The notes under the pieces were generated by a model. It did not search any database, was not told the DNA's origin, and saw only the letters and a program-made list of their open reading frames with translations. A stretch of 64,000 nt of DNA from Cirrosporium novae-zelandiae (Eukaryota): NCBI GenBank assembly GCA_026023565.1, contig JAPETS010000027.1, positions 1-64,000 of the forward strand, read 5' to 3'. The translations under genes and the position numbers were made by a program. Shown piece after piece: positions 39,057 to 52,759 of the stretch. Position 1 is the stretch's first letter, and the number at the start of each line of letters is the position of its first letter.

Positions 39057-40450
39057 ATGTCGACCACAAGATTTCCGACAGAAAAGCTCATCACCCTCAC
39101 CGGCCATAATGGTACGTATTGAATTACCATGCTACTTACTCTAGCCTAAACAATCCTTCTCATATAAACATTTCTACATCCAAGCTAACATAACTCTCAA
39201 AGGCCCCGTCAACTGCGTAACCTACAGCTCCGGAACAGGCCAATACGTACGTCTTCCCCCTCCTCCCCCTCCTCCCCCCTCTCCCCCCTCTCCTCCTCCT
39301 ATCATCTCCTCAACCCAGCCCAACCCAACCCAAACAAAAAGAACCCCTTCACCCCTTCACCTCTTCACTCCAAAACTAACCAACCCCCAGATCCTAACCG
39401 GCTCCTCCGACAGGCACATCCACCTCTACAACCCGCACCCCACAACCACAAACCCCAACGCCTCACAGCTAATCCAAGAATACACCGCCCATGGCTACGA
39501 AGTGCTTTCGCTAGCAGTGACGCCCGATAACGCCAAGTTTGCATCCGTGGGCGGGGATCGCCTCGTGTTTCTGTGGGATGTGGCTAGTGGACGCACGTTG
39601 AGGAGGTGGGAGGGACATTTTGGACGGGTGAATTGTTGCGGGTTTGGGGGGGAGGGGGGCGTACTTGTTACAGGTGCGTATAGCTTATGTTTATATCTTA
39701 TGCGTCCGTCGTATACATGTACTCTTTTTTTGTGTTGCGTTATATTACATTTCCAAACCCCCCAAAAATGCTAATCAGATTCCCGTCTCTATCACATCAG
39801 GCTCCTTCGACACGACACTCCGCCTCTGGGACTGTAAATCCTCATCCCACAAACCTATCCAAGTCCTCTCCGAAGCCAAAGACAGCATCTCCAGCCTCAG
39901 CATCCAGGATCATGAAATCGTATCGGGAAGCGTGGACGGCCGCATCCGAACCTACGACTTGCGCATGGGACGTGTGACGACGGATGTTGTGGGTGCGCCT
40001 GTCACCTCGGTAGCTCTGACAAAATATGGCTCGGGCGCGCTGTTGGTGTCGACGTTGGATGCGACGGTTCGGTTGTTTGATCGGGGGAATGGGACGTTGT
40101 TGCAGAGTTTCAAGGGGCATGTGAATGGGGATTTTAGGATTGGGAGTTGTCTGGGGATGCGGGATGCGTTTGTTGTTTCAGGCAGTGAGGACGGGGTTAT
40201 TTATGTTTGGGATATATTGGAGGGGAAAGTGAGACATCGATTGAAGGCCCATGAAGGAAAGGTGTGTAGCGCCGTGGCGTTTAATGACGCCAGGAAAGAA
40301 TGGTGCAGTGCGGGGACGAATGGTAAGTCTATATTTGAACTACAGGCTTTCATGTCTGGTTACATGTTTTTGAAATTGCTTATGATTACTAACTATGCGA
40401 TTTCGTTTTGATATACAGGAACAGTTTGCGTCTGGGGTTTTCGTGACTAA
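39057..40450 (+). CDS. WDR83: WD40 protein WDR83/MORG1 orthologue
   Basis: GQYILTGSSDR, AHGYEVL, ASVGGDRLVFLWDV, KPIQVLSEAKDSISS and GSVDGRIRTYDLRMG; four introns. Confidence 0.88.
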
Positions 40451-40805
40451 AGTCGACGAGAATATACATACAGCCACCCTTCTGACCCTTCCCCTTTATT
40501 AGCCCTACCAAGGGTCATTGACATGCATCCCGGAATATCCACAATATCCATCCGCCAATAATTGCTTTTGGTGGCCATATGTACACTTTCGTTGTGGTCC
40601 TCGTTGGGCACTAGGATACGCGACGCTGCAGAAGCATCCATGGAGCTATTCCGCTCCGTGCGGGTTCCAGTATTGTTCAGAAGAGAGGCGAGAGATCGTT
40701 TCGGTGCCGACGAGGATATTGAATGCGTACACATCTTTGGAGAGGAGTTTTGACAAATTCGTTCCCAACTTTTGGATTTCTTTTTCTTCACGTCTTTATC
40801 GGTGT

Positions 40806-42581
40806 TCAACCCGCCTTCCCATTCCCGGAATCAACGCCCATTTCCAGTGCTCCCATTGCTCTTTCTAATTCTTCTTCTCCAACGATAACTGTCCCAGCTC
40901 TCGCTGTACTCAGATAACTCATCTCAACGCTACCCTCTCCCAATTGTCCATTTCCTATTGCTAGTCGGCCAGCAAGTCTACCTGCAACTCCGCACACAAT
41001 GCCTGTAACTTCGAGCGGAAGTGCTCTAAGGTCAAGGGTGATGGGGCAGAGGACTTCTTCCTTATTACCCGAGAGGACTTCGTCGCCAAAAAGTGGGACG
41101 GCCTCAACGGGCAACAGTATTGACGCTGGATCATCTCTCGTAAGAGTGAGGTTCATGAAACGTGGTTGATGCCCTAGGAAGCGAATGAGGCCGAATTGAA
41201 GAGTGGTTTCGTGGTGCATGCCTTGCTTAGGCGAATCATGACGACCGGCGCATTGGACGAGCCTAATATCCGGATATGCGCGTGGGACGACATTCCGCCG
41301 CTTTAGGAGCGTGAATGTGCGCGTTTGAAGTTCGGATATTGTGCTAGGCGGGGGAGTGCTCGGAGGTGGTACTTCAAAGGAAGAGCTACTCGAGGTATTT
41401 CGATTATGGCCATTGCTCGTGGGAGGAGGGGTGTTAGATGCATGGAGAGATAAGGAGGTGTTATCAAAAGCGAAACCACGGCGCTCGAGGACAGCTATGA
41501 CGTGAGAGCGAGATTTACGGGGAACAAGGATATAGTCAGAAAAGTAGGTTGTTATGAAAAAGATGGAACTGGATACAATGTGTTAGCAGCACCGATAGGG
41601 ATGGTTATAATGGTCACGAGTTTGATGGCGACGCTTGCTGGCGATCATGAGGATCATTAAGGCGCTCCCTGACTCAGCTGACTAAAATCAACATGAGTAT
41701 CATAGCTCCTTCCTAGGCTCCTAGCATTTCAAAATACATGGGCCAAACATTGGTTTTGTTATTCGAACTAATCTTAGAGCGTCTCCAACATTGTCATGAT
41801 CACCAGCATATCCAATCATTGAGGCTTGTGAAGGGGGGGAGGCTGCTTACATCCCGGCCAGTGCCAGTGGACTTGTTAATTCCAGAACCCTCTGCCCGGC
41901 ATCCAATCCCTGCCCATCGACCTGAAAAACAACAAATTCGTCATCACTGATAGTAACAGGACAGTCCTCAGGTGATATCTGGTCAATTGCCTCCTTGATT
42001 TGAGCGAATATCTTTTCGGCGATATCGCTTGAGCATGCTATTGAACATTCGACTGGCGTTATCGAAACATTCAAGAATGTGTTTCGAGAGGCCCATGAGG
42101 TTCGTTGCAAATATTTGATTTCATCTGGGGCGTCGTCGTCATCGTCGTCGTTGTCCTCGGGTAACAGCGGAAAAAGTAGTGGCAGGATGGCTTGGAGGAA
42201 GTAGGAGTAGAGGTGGAGAGGAATGTGGATGAGTCGAAGGTTTGTATCCTGGGAATAAATGAGTCACATTCCATGGGCATGAAAAGGAGGGGGCAAATGC
42301 AACTCTCAAACGCCATGAGTCCTGTTTGCAAGAGATGCCCAGTTGAACCGCCATTCAGATTGCTGTTATCACTCTTATCGGTTACCAAATTGAATAAATC
42401 AGAGATATAGCTGGAGCTGTCCCGGAACTCGGGCAAGTACTGTCGCAAATCTGAATGATGGCCCAACTGGTTAATGGCAGATATCTGCTTCTATATCTGC
42501 CACCTGCGAGCAATACAGAGGTCAGTCGCGGAAAGTAGAGGGACGTACCAAGAAAATGACTTCAGCGCTGATGAGAGGCAT
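40806..42581 (-). CDS. CASTOR/GATS-like ACT-domain protein
   Basis: FLNVSITPVECSIAC, AGQRVLELTSPLALAGISIFFITTYFSDYILVP, FMNLTLT, GIVCGVA and MSYLSTARAGTVIV. Two introns, the second about 280 nt. An alternative in-frame ATG lies at 42701. Confidence 0.85.
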
Positions 42582-43271
42582 GTTTACAATACCGGGAATT
42601 CGATGATGCAAATGGGAGTTCCAATCAGCGCGAATGTCCTGGGCTAAGAGCTTGCATGGGGAGGTCCCCAGGTAACCTTGGGTAGAAAAGATGGATGGCA
42701 TGCACAACGACACCGGGTGATTGTTGAGAGTCGACGAGCAGAAATTGCGTTCAGATAACAATATGTTGGTGGATAGCTTTGATAATGGGGGGGATCCAAT
42801 GTTTCATTACCAATATGAATTTAAAAGAGACGTTCAAGGTCCAAGTGGGACGGGGGCGCAGTGTAGACGCGGGTCCCTTTTACTCGGAGGTGGTGGGGAT
42901 GGATCTTTAAAGATGCGTTCAAAGTTCCTGGAGTGGTAGTGAGGGAGACAATTGTTGAGACGAAAAGGGAAGATGTAAGTATGTCAGTGGAGGTTTAATT
43001 GTCAGAGGAACCCCCAAGAGCTGCAGGACCCAGATGCTGCTGCTGCTGGTGCTGCTCCTCACAGCAGAGGAGAAAGTAGCAGCAGGAGTAGCAGAAGTAG
43101 CAGCAGGAGTTAGTAGGAACAGCTTTGTGGATAGCTCGCACGGTCTTGGAGTCTGTAATCTTAGTGGGCAAACTAGACAGGGACAGGGGAACATGGAAGG
43201 TGGGGAAACAAGCCCGCAAGTGACTCCAAGTGATCCAGGATGTGAGATCTGATCAAGGATTTGTGCTCTCG

Positions 43272-43392
43272 AGGTATTGATAGGTATTGATAGGTATTGA
43301 TAGGTATTGATAGGTATTGATAAGTATTGATAAGTATTGGGTGCCGAGTACCAAGTATCAAGTATCGTGTATCGTGTATCGTGTATCGTGTA
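43272..43392. repeat. Minisatellite (TAGGTATTGA)~7 followed by (TATCGTG)~4
   Basis: Direct tandem repeats. Confidence 0.9.
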
Positions 43393-44040
43393 TTATGTAT
43401 TATATCCTTCGTTGTCGGAATCAACAAAGGTAGTGAACGAAGGTGGTTGGAATCTGATAACTAAAAATGTAAAAATTGTTAAATGTGAAATGTGGATGCG
43501 AGACTTTCCGCAAGTCCGCATCCAAGTTAAATAATAACGCAAAGTAAAAAATTCTTCACAGTTGATTGCTGCATGCTTGGTAGGGTGGTAGTTAGTATAT
43601 GGATGGATGTGACGTATCTCTATTATTTACAATACTGGTAATTATTCCTGTCCATCTCTTCTGGAAAGAAAAAGTTATCTGCAATCCGATTGACAAAGAA
43701 GAGAAAATGGACCAAGGGTTCTGGGTATCATGGATCATGGTGGACTATCTATTGGTGAGGAACGCATCCGGAGGGTCCTTGGTGGATAATAATAAATGAT
43801 ATTATTAAGACCTGTAGTATCTCGGCCCTTTTCTTTTTCTTTTTCTTTTTTTACATTACTACTACTGTCTACTGTATATGCCATGTCAATAATGAAATTG
43901 ATAGACAAATGGAGCCTGATGCTGATACGAATGATTATAATCATCATCATCAAAGGGACAAGATAGCGATAACACAGACACAGACTATAATACCATCTCG
44001 TATACTTTACATACAACCTCGGGATGTTTTAGTGAAAGGA

Positions 44041-44176
44041 AACTTGAAAGACTTAAAAGACTTAAAAGACTTAAAAGACAACTCAAAGGAACTCAAAGGA
44101 ACTCAAAGGAACTACTCGAGTACAATCATTTCATTAAGCTTTCAAACCTTCCAACCTTCCAACCTTCCAACCTTCC
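44041..44176. repeat. Cluster of short tandem repeats (AAAGACTTA)n, (AACTCAAAGG)n and (AACCTTCC)n
   Basis: Direct tandem repeats. Confidence 0.85.
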
Positions 44177-47100
44177 ATCCAAGAAGGATGAATGAAATCA
44201 ATAATCATTAATTCCTCCTAATCAGCCATTTCAGCTCTTTTGCCTACTAATTTCACAGATAAACCATTAGTGTGGGGGGTAAAGGTCACCAAAAATGCCA
44301 AAATCTCATTCTTTTCTTTCATTTTCTTGTTTGACATCCGTTGTACCTTGCTTTGTATCTCCCCACACGTGCAGCTAGTTGTCTTATACCTGGATTCGAG
44401 ATGAAGGGAAAGACAGGGGAACGAGAGGGGTAATGCATGAGCCGATTCCTGACGTTTCCAGGGCTTGCAGGCGCCTAGAGATTAAGTCGTCCAAGTCGTC
44501 CAAGAGCACGCAAGCATCTTCCGACAATCCGTCACAACACCACTAGTCGTATTTCTTGTTGGTACTTCTTGTTTGTTTGTTTCGCAATCGCTGATACATC
44601 TACCATAGGGAGCCCGTGCCTCTTCAGATGACTCGCCTTCGGCTTGATGCAGATCCGGTCGAGATGGTGTGACGGTAAGACAATAAAAAGCAATTCCGTC
44701 TCTCTGCACCCCAGGTTTTACCCCTCGTCCTCACTCCGGATTTGTGAACCACTCAAAGGGTCCGAGCGATATTGAAATACACCGTATTCTAAGCATAATC
44801 ACCTGCCCGTCGATGCAGCCTCCCATGACGCTGGTGATCGGGTAGAAGCTGAAAGCTTCGGGCAAGAGATGCCGACCACCTAAGAGGCTTCTTCAGCTGT
44901 GACGGGACGCTGTACATGCGTCTAGTTGTCCTTGCCGACCATTATGAGGCGCCAAGCGCGCCTATTCGCCTTGCTATTCGTCTACCAAATACCACACATC
45001 TGATATCCAGTCTGAACGGGGTTCTATTATATTGAGCTTGTTTATACCGCCCCTGCCAATATTAGAACTCGAAAGATCCCCTCCCATGTTTTGCGGCTTG
45101 GGCAGAAATGCAGAGGGGATTCCGTGTCCCCTATTCGCCCTATTTTGAATTGTGGTGTTGCTTTCTATCCCGTAATTACCCTCACAATCATCTACCAGCT
45201 GAGCTGGTATTCGGTCGTGGAACATTTTAGAAGCTGGCTCATGTAATAATGACGATCTTATTCCCACTGTTTTCGTGCCGTGGTAGTTAATTCTAGTTTG
45301 GAAGATGTTTTACTGGTTCATCCTATCTTTCACCAAGGAATTGATATAACTACTCTTCAAGGTGTGTATCCCTATTGTTGAATGAGTGATAACCATTCTC
45401 CAAAGTGATACGGGAGTAGTAATCTAGCAGTGGTGATAGGTTTAACGAGATATAATATTAAAATCAAAATAATACTCCACAACCGCCTTTGCTACCACGA
45501 TAGTTTACCAACAATTATTTTTGTTCAACCTGGAGATTAACTTATTAGTATTCATTGGCTAGTCTTCGAATACTATGGGGTTTATGACGTATGGCCATGG
45601 CGATCCACCAAGGTGCCTTTTGTCCATCAAGGTACATTACATCGACCCCCCAGGTATAAATAACACCCACACATCCCATCCACGATAGTGAGGAGACATT
45701 GTTGTGACAACGGACGGGCGGACCAGTTGAAAATGAAGGCGATGATTGTTGTGTTTGACTATTTTTAATTTCCGCTTCAATTGCACAGCATGGTAGCAAT
45801 TGCAACACGTCAAAGCACGTCTCACTTTCATCTTCAACTAGGAACCCGCCCGTCCACTGTCATGCCAATCGAACCCATCATCCTCCCTTCGCCTTCTCTT
45901 GGACTACATCATCATCCCCATCTTGCCATCTCAATTCAATCCTCGGGGTGCTCTATCAGGCAACCAACTTGCTCACTATCCCGAAGCCGACTACACTGTT
46001 ACCTAGCTTGGCTCACCTCATATCTGATCCACCCACGCCCTATCGCTTCCATCCAACCCAGTCGCCCCAGTCTCGCGTTTTGATATCAACCCCCGAACTA
46101 AAAGTAAAAACGCGATAAGGTGCCTGCTCGACATTGAAACACTAAACCACAATAGTCTACCGGTGGTACAAGGCAACCATCTGCATGCATCGGAGTCTCG
46201 ATACAGCAAGCAAAGCAAAACAGACCACCTCAAACAGTCACACGTACATGCACCATATTTCGAAACTTCACCTGATCCATACCATACCAGAAGTTAGAAA
46301 AAAGAACAACTAGCCACCGATCACCAAACCACCTCGGAACAAAACCTTAACCTACAGTACCTCAACTCTAATCCCTAATCTCCATCATTTAAATCCTCGA
46401 AGCTCAAAACGCCTCTCCTAGACACCTCAGATCCTGCCTAACCTCTATTCATCGACCAAAAATGTCCCAACCATCATTAACAGATATCCACTCACCCACT
46501 CACCACTAACACCCCCCCCTCTTCCCCCCTATTTCCCCAACACCAAACACCAAACACCAAACATCACCACACACCACTACACGCCCATCTAATAGGGAAT
46601 TCGGCTTCGTCCTGGTGGAGGGATAAAACGGTCGAATACTCCCTGAAGACGTAGCGGGAAGGGGCTACGTTGATGAATTGGATATGAGTGTAGAAGGTGT
46701 GGGTGTGGGTGGAGGGGAGGGGAGGGAAGTGGGTAAGGATACAAGGTTGTAAGAGGCTATAAGGAGGTGGATTGGTTGGGTGGGGTTAGGAAAGAAGAGT
46801 AAAAGTGGTTATTGGGATTGGGGATTGTGGTTGGAATAAGTATGGTTATTGATTGTTCGAGTGAGATTCGTGAGATTCGTGGGGGAGTAAGGGAGGGAGT
46901 AAGGGGATTGATTAGATATGGATAACGACGTGCATCATGATAGATGGATGAAAGGGTGGCATGCATATAGACTCTATATTCATATCCATATCCAACATCT
47001 ACCTACCTACCCATCCATCCAATCCCATATCCATAAAAACGCATAAACGACCCCCTTCCATCGCGCCTAGATTTTTCACGAACTCACCACCGCTTCTTTA

Positions 47101-47258
47101 AATAAATAATTAACAGGATCCAATTTTCTTTTTCCATTTGCTGTTTATTCGTTTTCGATTCGATTCGATTCCCCCTGGCTTTCTTATAATATACATACAA
47201 TATATAATACCACCCCAACCCCTAACCCCCCACCCTCACCTCCCACAAACACTAACAC

Positions 47259-49150
47259 CTAATCATCATCCTCATCCTCAACCCTGGCTCTCTTTCTCTC
47301 CCTCTCCCCCCCCCTCCCCCCGCTCCCCCCCTCCTCAAGTCCAAACCTCTTCTTCCCCTTCCCACCCGTAACCTCATCAATCATGCCCTCAATCCCAAAC
47401 GGATCCGCCTCCGCCTTCTCAAACACCACGGGTCCATCCCTCTCCTCGGCAATATCCGCCCCTCGAAACCCTTCCTTCGCTTTGCCCAAAACATCAAATC
47501 GGTTGCTTTTTGAAATTCGCTCTAGCTCTGCCTTGCTGCCGCCGCCGGCCTCCTCGTCGTCGTCATCGTCGACGTTCGCGCGTGGGCGGTAGATGCTGCT
47601 GATGGCTTCTTGTGCTGCGAAGAGAGGTTTGTCGTAAGGTTGGTCTTCGTTGAAGCCGGTGTTGAAGCCGCTGGTTTGGTTGAAGAGGCGGGAGTCGTAC
47701 ATTGTTTCGTTGGATTGGGTTGGTTTTGCGAGGCCAAGAGCTACTTTTTCTGAGATGTCGCGGTTTTGTTCTCGTGCCATCATCTGTACGCGCCGTTCGG
47801 CGCCCATGCGGGACTGGCGGAGCTGGCGCTCTGCTTCTTGTCGTCGTTCTCGGCGCATTTGTTCGCGTTCGCGTGCGCCTGAGTTGTCTTCGGAGCTGGA
47901 GCTGGAGGAGCGGGAGGAGTAGGAGGGGCTGCGGCTTCCGCAGCTTCGGGGGCGGGAGCGGTCTTTGCTGTTGGATCTGTTGTTGTTATTGCGTGTGGAT
48001 CGGGATTGAGCGTTGCGGGCTTCTTCGGCTAGTTTTCGGAGATGTTCTTCTTTTTTGAGTTTTTCTTTCTCTGCTACTCGTTGTTGCATCTGCGCGCGCT
48101 GGTTTACTTCTTCTCGGGCGTGGCGGTCGGCGGCACCTAGGGCTTCGGAGAGCTGGGCGAACTGAGGGTTTGTTAGACGTAGAATTTGTTTAGGTAATTA
48201 TAATGGAACTGTACCTTGTCGTTTATTGTTACATCTTGTAGTCCCCTACCATCAGCTGCAAGACGTTTATCTAGAGGTACTGTGTAACCCTTTGGATTTT
48301 TCCCTATTGATAATATGATTAGTTCTGTCAAAACACTAATAGATAGTCAAGACTCACAATTGCTAATAGGTGGAGGAATTCGCCATGCTTCCTGATCCTC
48401 TGCTGTTAATTTTCGGGGAGGTGAATGCATTACAGGTGCCGGCGGGCTCGGTGGCCCACGGGGGATTTTCTTATGTTTGAATTTAGGTGGCTCCATCGGA
48501 TCTCGCTGTCGTTCCACGATCTTCATAATTCGATCGTTCTTGCGGGTATTATCTCCCATCTGGTTGGCGGGCGTGTACCGAACATATGTCGCTTCATCTC
48601 TCTTAAGGTTCAATGTCTTGGGCTTCTGGGCTGCGACAGCCCCAGAAACCAATTTCGCAAGAGCTTCCTGCGTCTTCTTCTTTGCTGCCTCAACCTCCTC
48701 TGGGCTCGGTCGAGCAAGACTTATTTCTCCAGCATTTGCCTGATGGCGCAGGGGAATCAGATCCTTGAACGAAGCCTGTACGATTCTCCCACTATGGTGA
48801 CCCTGTTTCGCTATGGCATCATATTTGACCTTTCCTTCGCCGTCAACTTGAATTGCCAAAGCATTGGAGGTTTTGGCTGATTTTCGACCCATCTCAAGAG
48901 GGTACTGTGCGACCGCTATCTCCGGAAATGCGCCACCGTCCCCAAAATCTTCGACCGATCGTGGTCGCCATCCTGATCTCTGTCCATATGGTGGAGGGCC
49001 GGTTCGTCTTAGTACTATCTGACTATCGTCCAGAACTCCTGCACCAACAATTCTAGGACCGCGCTGCTGCGCGTGAACCGGTACATCTTCATCTTCTCCG
49101 GTGTATTTTGGTCGTGGGAGACTCGCAGCTAGAGAAGCCGCTATTGACAT
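47259..49150 (-). CDS. PRP45: Pre-mRNA splicing factor Prp45/SNW1 (SKIP)
   Basis: [66 protein letters not shown] (SNW split by an intron) and RDISEKVALG; two introns. Confidence 0.96.
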
Positions 49151-49734
49151 GGTAAATGAATTAAAAATGATTCTTGTAGGGAGAAGGGACTTGGATGGTG
49201 GTATTCGTAGTTGTGTGGAAACAGAAAGTTCAAGGTATCATTACGTGATGAAGGGTCGCGACGCAAAAGGAGTAGTTGGTATATCAAGATTCATTAATTT
49301 TCTTAGAGGTTGGGTTAGATGGATGTCCAAACAAATTAAAGTTAGCTTCACTTTTCCGCCGGCGGTGTCGCCTGCTTAGACGCCTATAGCGCATAATGTA
49401 AGCGTTTAGACTAGCCGAGGCAGCGGAATTTCCCTTTAGGGACTTTCTATTGTGCAGGTTCCACTACAAGAAACATATCCATACTAACAAATATCCACAT
49501 CGAGAATACTAATTTTCCATGGGGCCTTCGAATCATGAAAATGACGTCCAAATTATCAATTGCCTGGCTTCTGACAGATATTAAAATATGCCAAGCCCTC
49601 CGATGTCCTGCTGGCGGAACCAGCGGCATGAGCGGAGGTGTATGCCGCCATGAATCTCAGCTATAAACAATAAAGAACTACATTATCCTGGATTAGATTT
49701 CCTTCATTGCTGTTCCTATAGTCTCTATAGTGTC

Positions 49735-50686
49735 ATGGTTTTTCAAGCAAACGATCCCCAAAGGCCCCTAGAGGCCACGCCCGTTACCCTCCCAACTATA
49801 GAGAGAAGGAGCCCAGATCCCACACCCGAAAAGCAGGATATCCTCCCTTCTATGTTGTATTATTTCGGAACTGACCTTGACCCTATACATGCTTCATATA
49901 ATCTTGTGATATGCTTCTTCGTCTCTGGTCTTGTGGATAGTACCGTCTACGATGCTTGGGGATGTTTTGTTAGTATGCAAACCGGTACGAATACCTATCA
50001 CCTGGTCCACATTAATAGGGCCCTTATTTCCCCTTTAGTTAATCACGAGGATATAAGACTAATAATTTCTAGGAAATACAATCTTCATCGCCCTAGGAGC
50101 TTCTTCTCCGCCCTCTTCTAAGCCATATGGCTGGGCAAAATCTCTTGTATCCCTCATCTCATTCCTAATTGGCTGCGTTTTCTTCTCGCACGCGTCCCGG
50201 TTCCTTGGTCCCCTTCGCAGAGGCACCCTTGTCCTCTCATTCTGGGTTCAAACATGTCTGATGATTGCCTCCGCTGCGCTAGTCCAAGCCGGAAAAGTGA
50301 GCGGGAAAGCCGATGGAGACTCAACCGACATACAGTGGCTAGAAATCCTGCCCTTGGCTTTCCTATCCTTTCAATCAGCGGGCCAAATCGTCTCTACAAG
50401 ATTTCTGGGAATTACTGAACTCTCTACTGTTGTTCTGACATCATTGTACTGCGATCTTGTTTCTGACCCTTTACTTCTGGCTCCGCTACTTAAGAATGAG
50501 AAAAGGAACAGAAGAGCTTGCGGGCAGCTCGCTTTGTTGGGCGGTGCAATTGCTGGGGGTTGGATTAGCTTGAGTAGAGGGGGCATGGCTGCAGTTTTGT
50601 GGTTGGCCGCTGGGTTGAAGGGGTTTATTGCTGTGAGCTGGATATTTTGGAAGGAGATGCACTCCACTATCAACTCGTCGTCGTAA
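49735..50686 (+). CDS. DUF1275/YoaK-like multi-pass membrane protein
   Basis: SGLVDSTVYDAWGCFVSMQTGNTIFIALG (intron 49985-50072), FQSAGQIV and TVVLTSLYCDLVSDP. Confidence 0.88.
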
Positions 50687-51174
50687 TCATCCAAAATTTT
50701 ATATTCATAACTATGGCATCGCCATAGAACCAATCGACAAGCATATTTTTGCAGTGAAGACCCTTCGTTTCCCCCCGAGGATAATATAATTACAACATGT
50801 TCGTTACAAACTGTTTGAACCCTACGTTTTAATCAACAATAAATTTTTACTTCAAACCACACCTGCTGCCCACTCTACGCTTTCAGTCGTCTAATTTTCT
50901 CATTATTTGACATTTATGATCTCAACTATCCCGCTCACCGGCTTCAGCCGTCCTTGCTCATATTCCTTTTATTTCAGTAAAGAAAGAAAGATGTTGCACA
51001 ACTTCCCCCTGAACCATGTCCAAACTTCACCTTCCACCTTCAAGGTTTCCAAACCTCGACCTACATTTCCAAGATATTTTATTAACATAACTAGCCTAGG
51101 TCGGCAGCTATAAACTACATTATAGGTTTAGCATATAAGTATATTTTGTTCTGCGGTATAAGTGAGCGCTCATC

Positions 51175-51996
51175 ATGAGTTCCAATAACCAAACCCCCTC
51201 ACTAGGAAGGGTTTTCGCCACAGCCAGGTGGGTCTAAGCCACTCTTCCTCGGAATTAAAGACTGACTGTGAGCCTGTTTTCCAGAGCATGGTCCAACGAA
51301 GCCGTCGAAATCATTGCTCATGGCGTTCCTACGAACGTCCCCAGCAAATTATTATGCATGTCTTCACCGATCCTTCGTGAGGATATGATATTCGCCTTCA
51401 TGGCTGCGACATCTCACCCAGATGGAAAAGTGCGAGCTCCTTACCCATATATTGAATTTCCGATTTTCAGAATGCTGAGAACGTGGCTTCTCGTACATCC
51501 AGACCAAGTAATGGAAGCCCAAGTCAATGACCTTCGAAATATACGGGGTCACGATTATGCAAGGAGGAGACTCACACGCCTGGTTACGTGTTGGATAATC
51601 GGGGAGGAATATAAGATCCTTCAATTCCGGAATCACATTATACGCCTCCTTTATCTGGTACTTGAACGGCATCCTCCAACAATAACTATAAGAGTTCGTT
51701 ACATTAACGACGTCATCTTTCTAGCAGGTCAATTCTCCACGCCTTGCAAGTTGATACTCTATTTCACAGCTAGGGCTAGTTTATGGAACACCCGAGTTCG
51801 TATGGAACTAGACAAATGGAAAAAACTCCACTCAGATCATGTCGCTATCCTTAACGTCTTTTCAAGCCATACGTACACAGCAGAAGACTTTTTGGTTCCT
51901 ATACCCCCTGAGGGTACTAGCGAGGTTCTTAGTAGGCTTACTCTGAAAGATCAGACGGATTATGGGCATCTAATTGTCGGGGATCCGTGGTGGTGA
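51175..51996 (+). CDS. Divergent BTB/POZ-like protein
   Basis: Exon 51175-51227, intron 51228-51284 in phase. VPSKLLCMSSPIL, FRMLRTWL and WIIGEEYKILQFRNHII resemble fungal BTB proteins. Confidence 0.7.
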
Positions 51997-52759
51997 TAAC
52001 AACAATAGCGAAGGTGGTTGTAACTGTACTGTATTGTGGGATCGAGGTTTTTCCTAAAGAGGCCTCTCTAGATGACCCTCAGTAAATAGAAGATAAAAAC
52101 AGACTTGGAAGGAAGATAGGTATAAGAAGAAATGTTATGTAGAATTAAATATATATATAGAAAATATACTATTTACAGTACTCGAGTATACTATCTGGTT
52201 ATGGTATACGGAATAGACTATGCTGGAATATTAATGCATCCTTTGCTGCTTAGTGGAAACTACATTAGAGAGTAAGTATTACGACTACAATACCTACAAA
52301 ATATATATTTAACAGAGGTTCAGTTACATAGATAATCATGTTAATGCTAACAACTGCTTACGAATCACAACGTTTTCAGACGGATTAATTAATTAATCAA
52401 TCAATTCATGAGGAATGGAAAATGTCATTTGTGTGATTGGATAAAATATCACTCCAACCTAATCAATCCGCTCAAATATAATTCTCGCTAGAATCAAACA
52501 CAACGCGGTAGGATAGAATAGTATTGTACAAATTGTACAAGAAATATTCCACTTTGCATTCCCATTCACAGACCCTTCATTGAAACCCCAAAGGAGTTTA
52601 GGCTTCATATCCAGCTCCATTGTTCTGAACATAGACTAGAGCAGACTAGACATACGCTCGCAATTCACGAACGTATTCACCATAGATTAGAAGTATCATC
52701 ATATCTATCGCATAGCAGACCTTCATTTATCCATCCACCCTCACGGACTATAGCTTATT

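Noticed and set aside
43272..44176. Periodic repeats as a CRISPR array
   Set aside because: They are simple tandem repeats without spacers, in a eukaryotic context with no cas genes.
44540..44700. U-rich and A-rich tracts resembling a telomerase RNA pseudoknot
   Set aside because: There is no template sequence upstream, and the tracts are better explained as intron-like signals.
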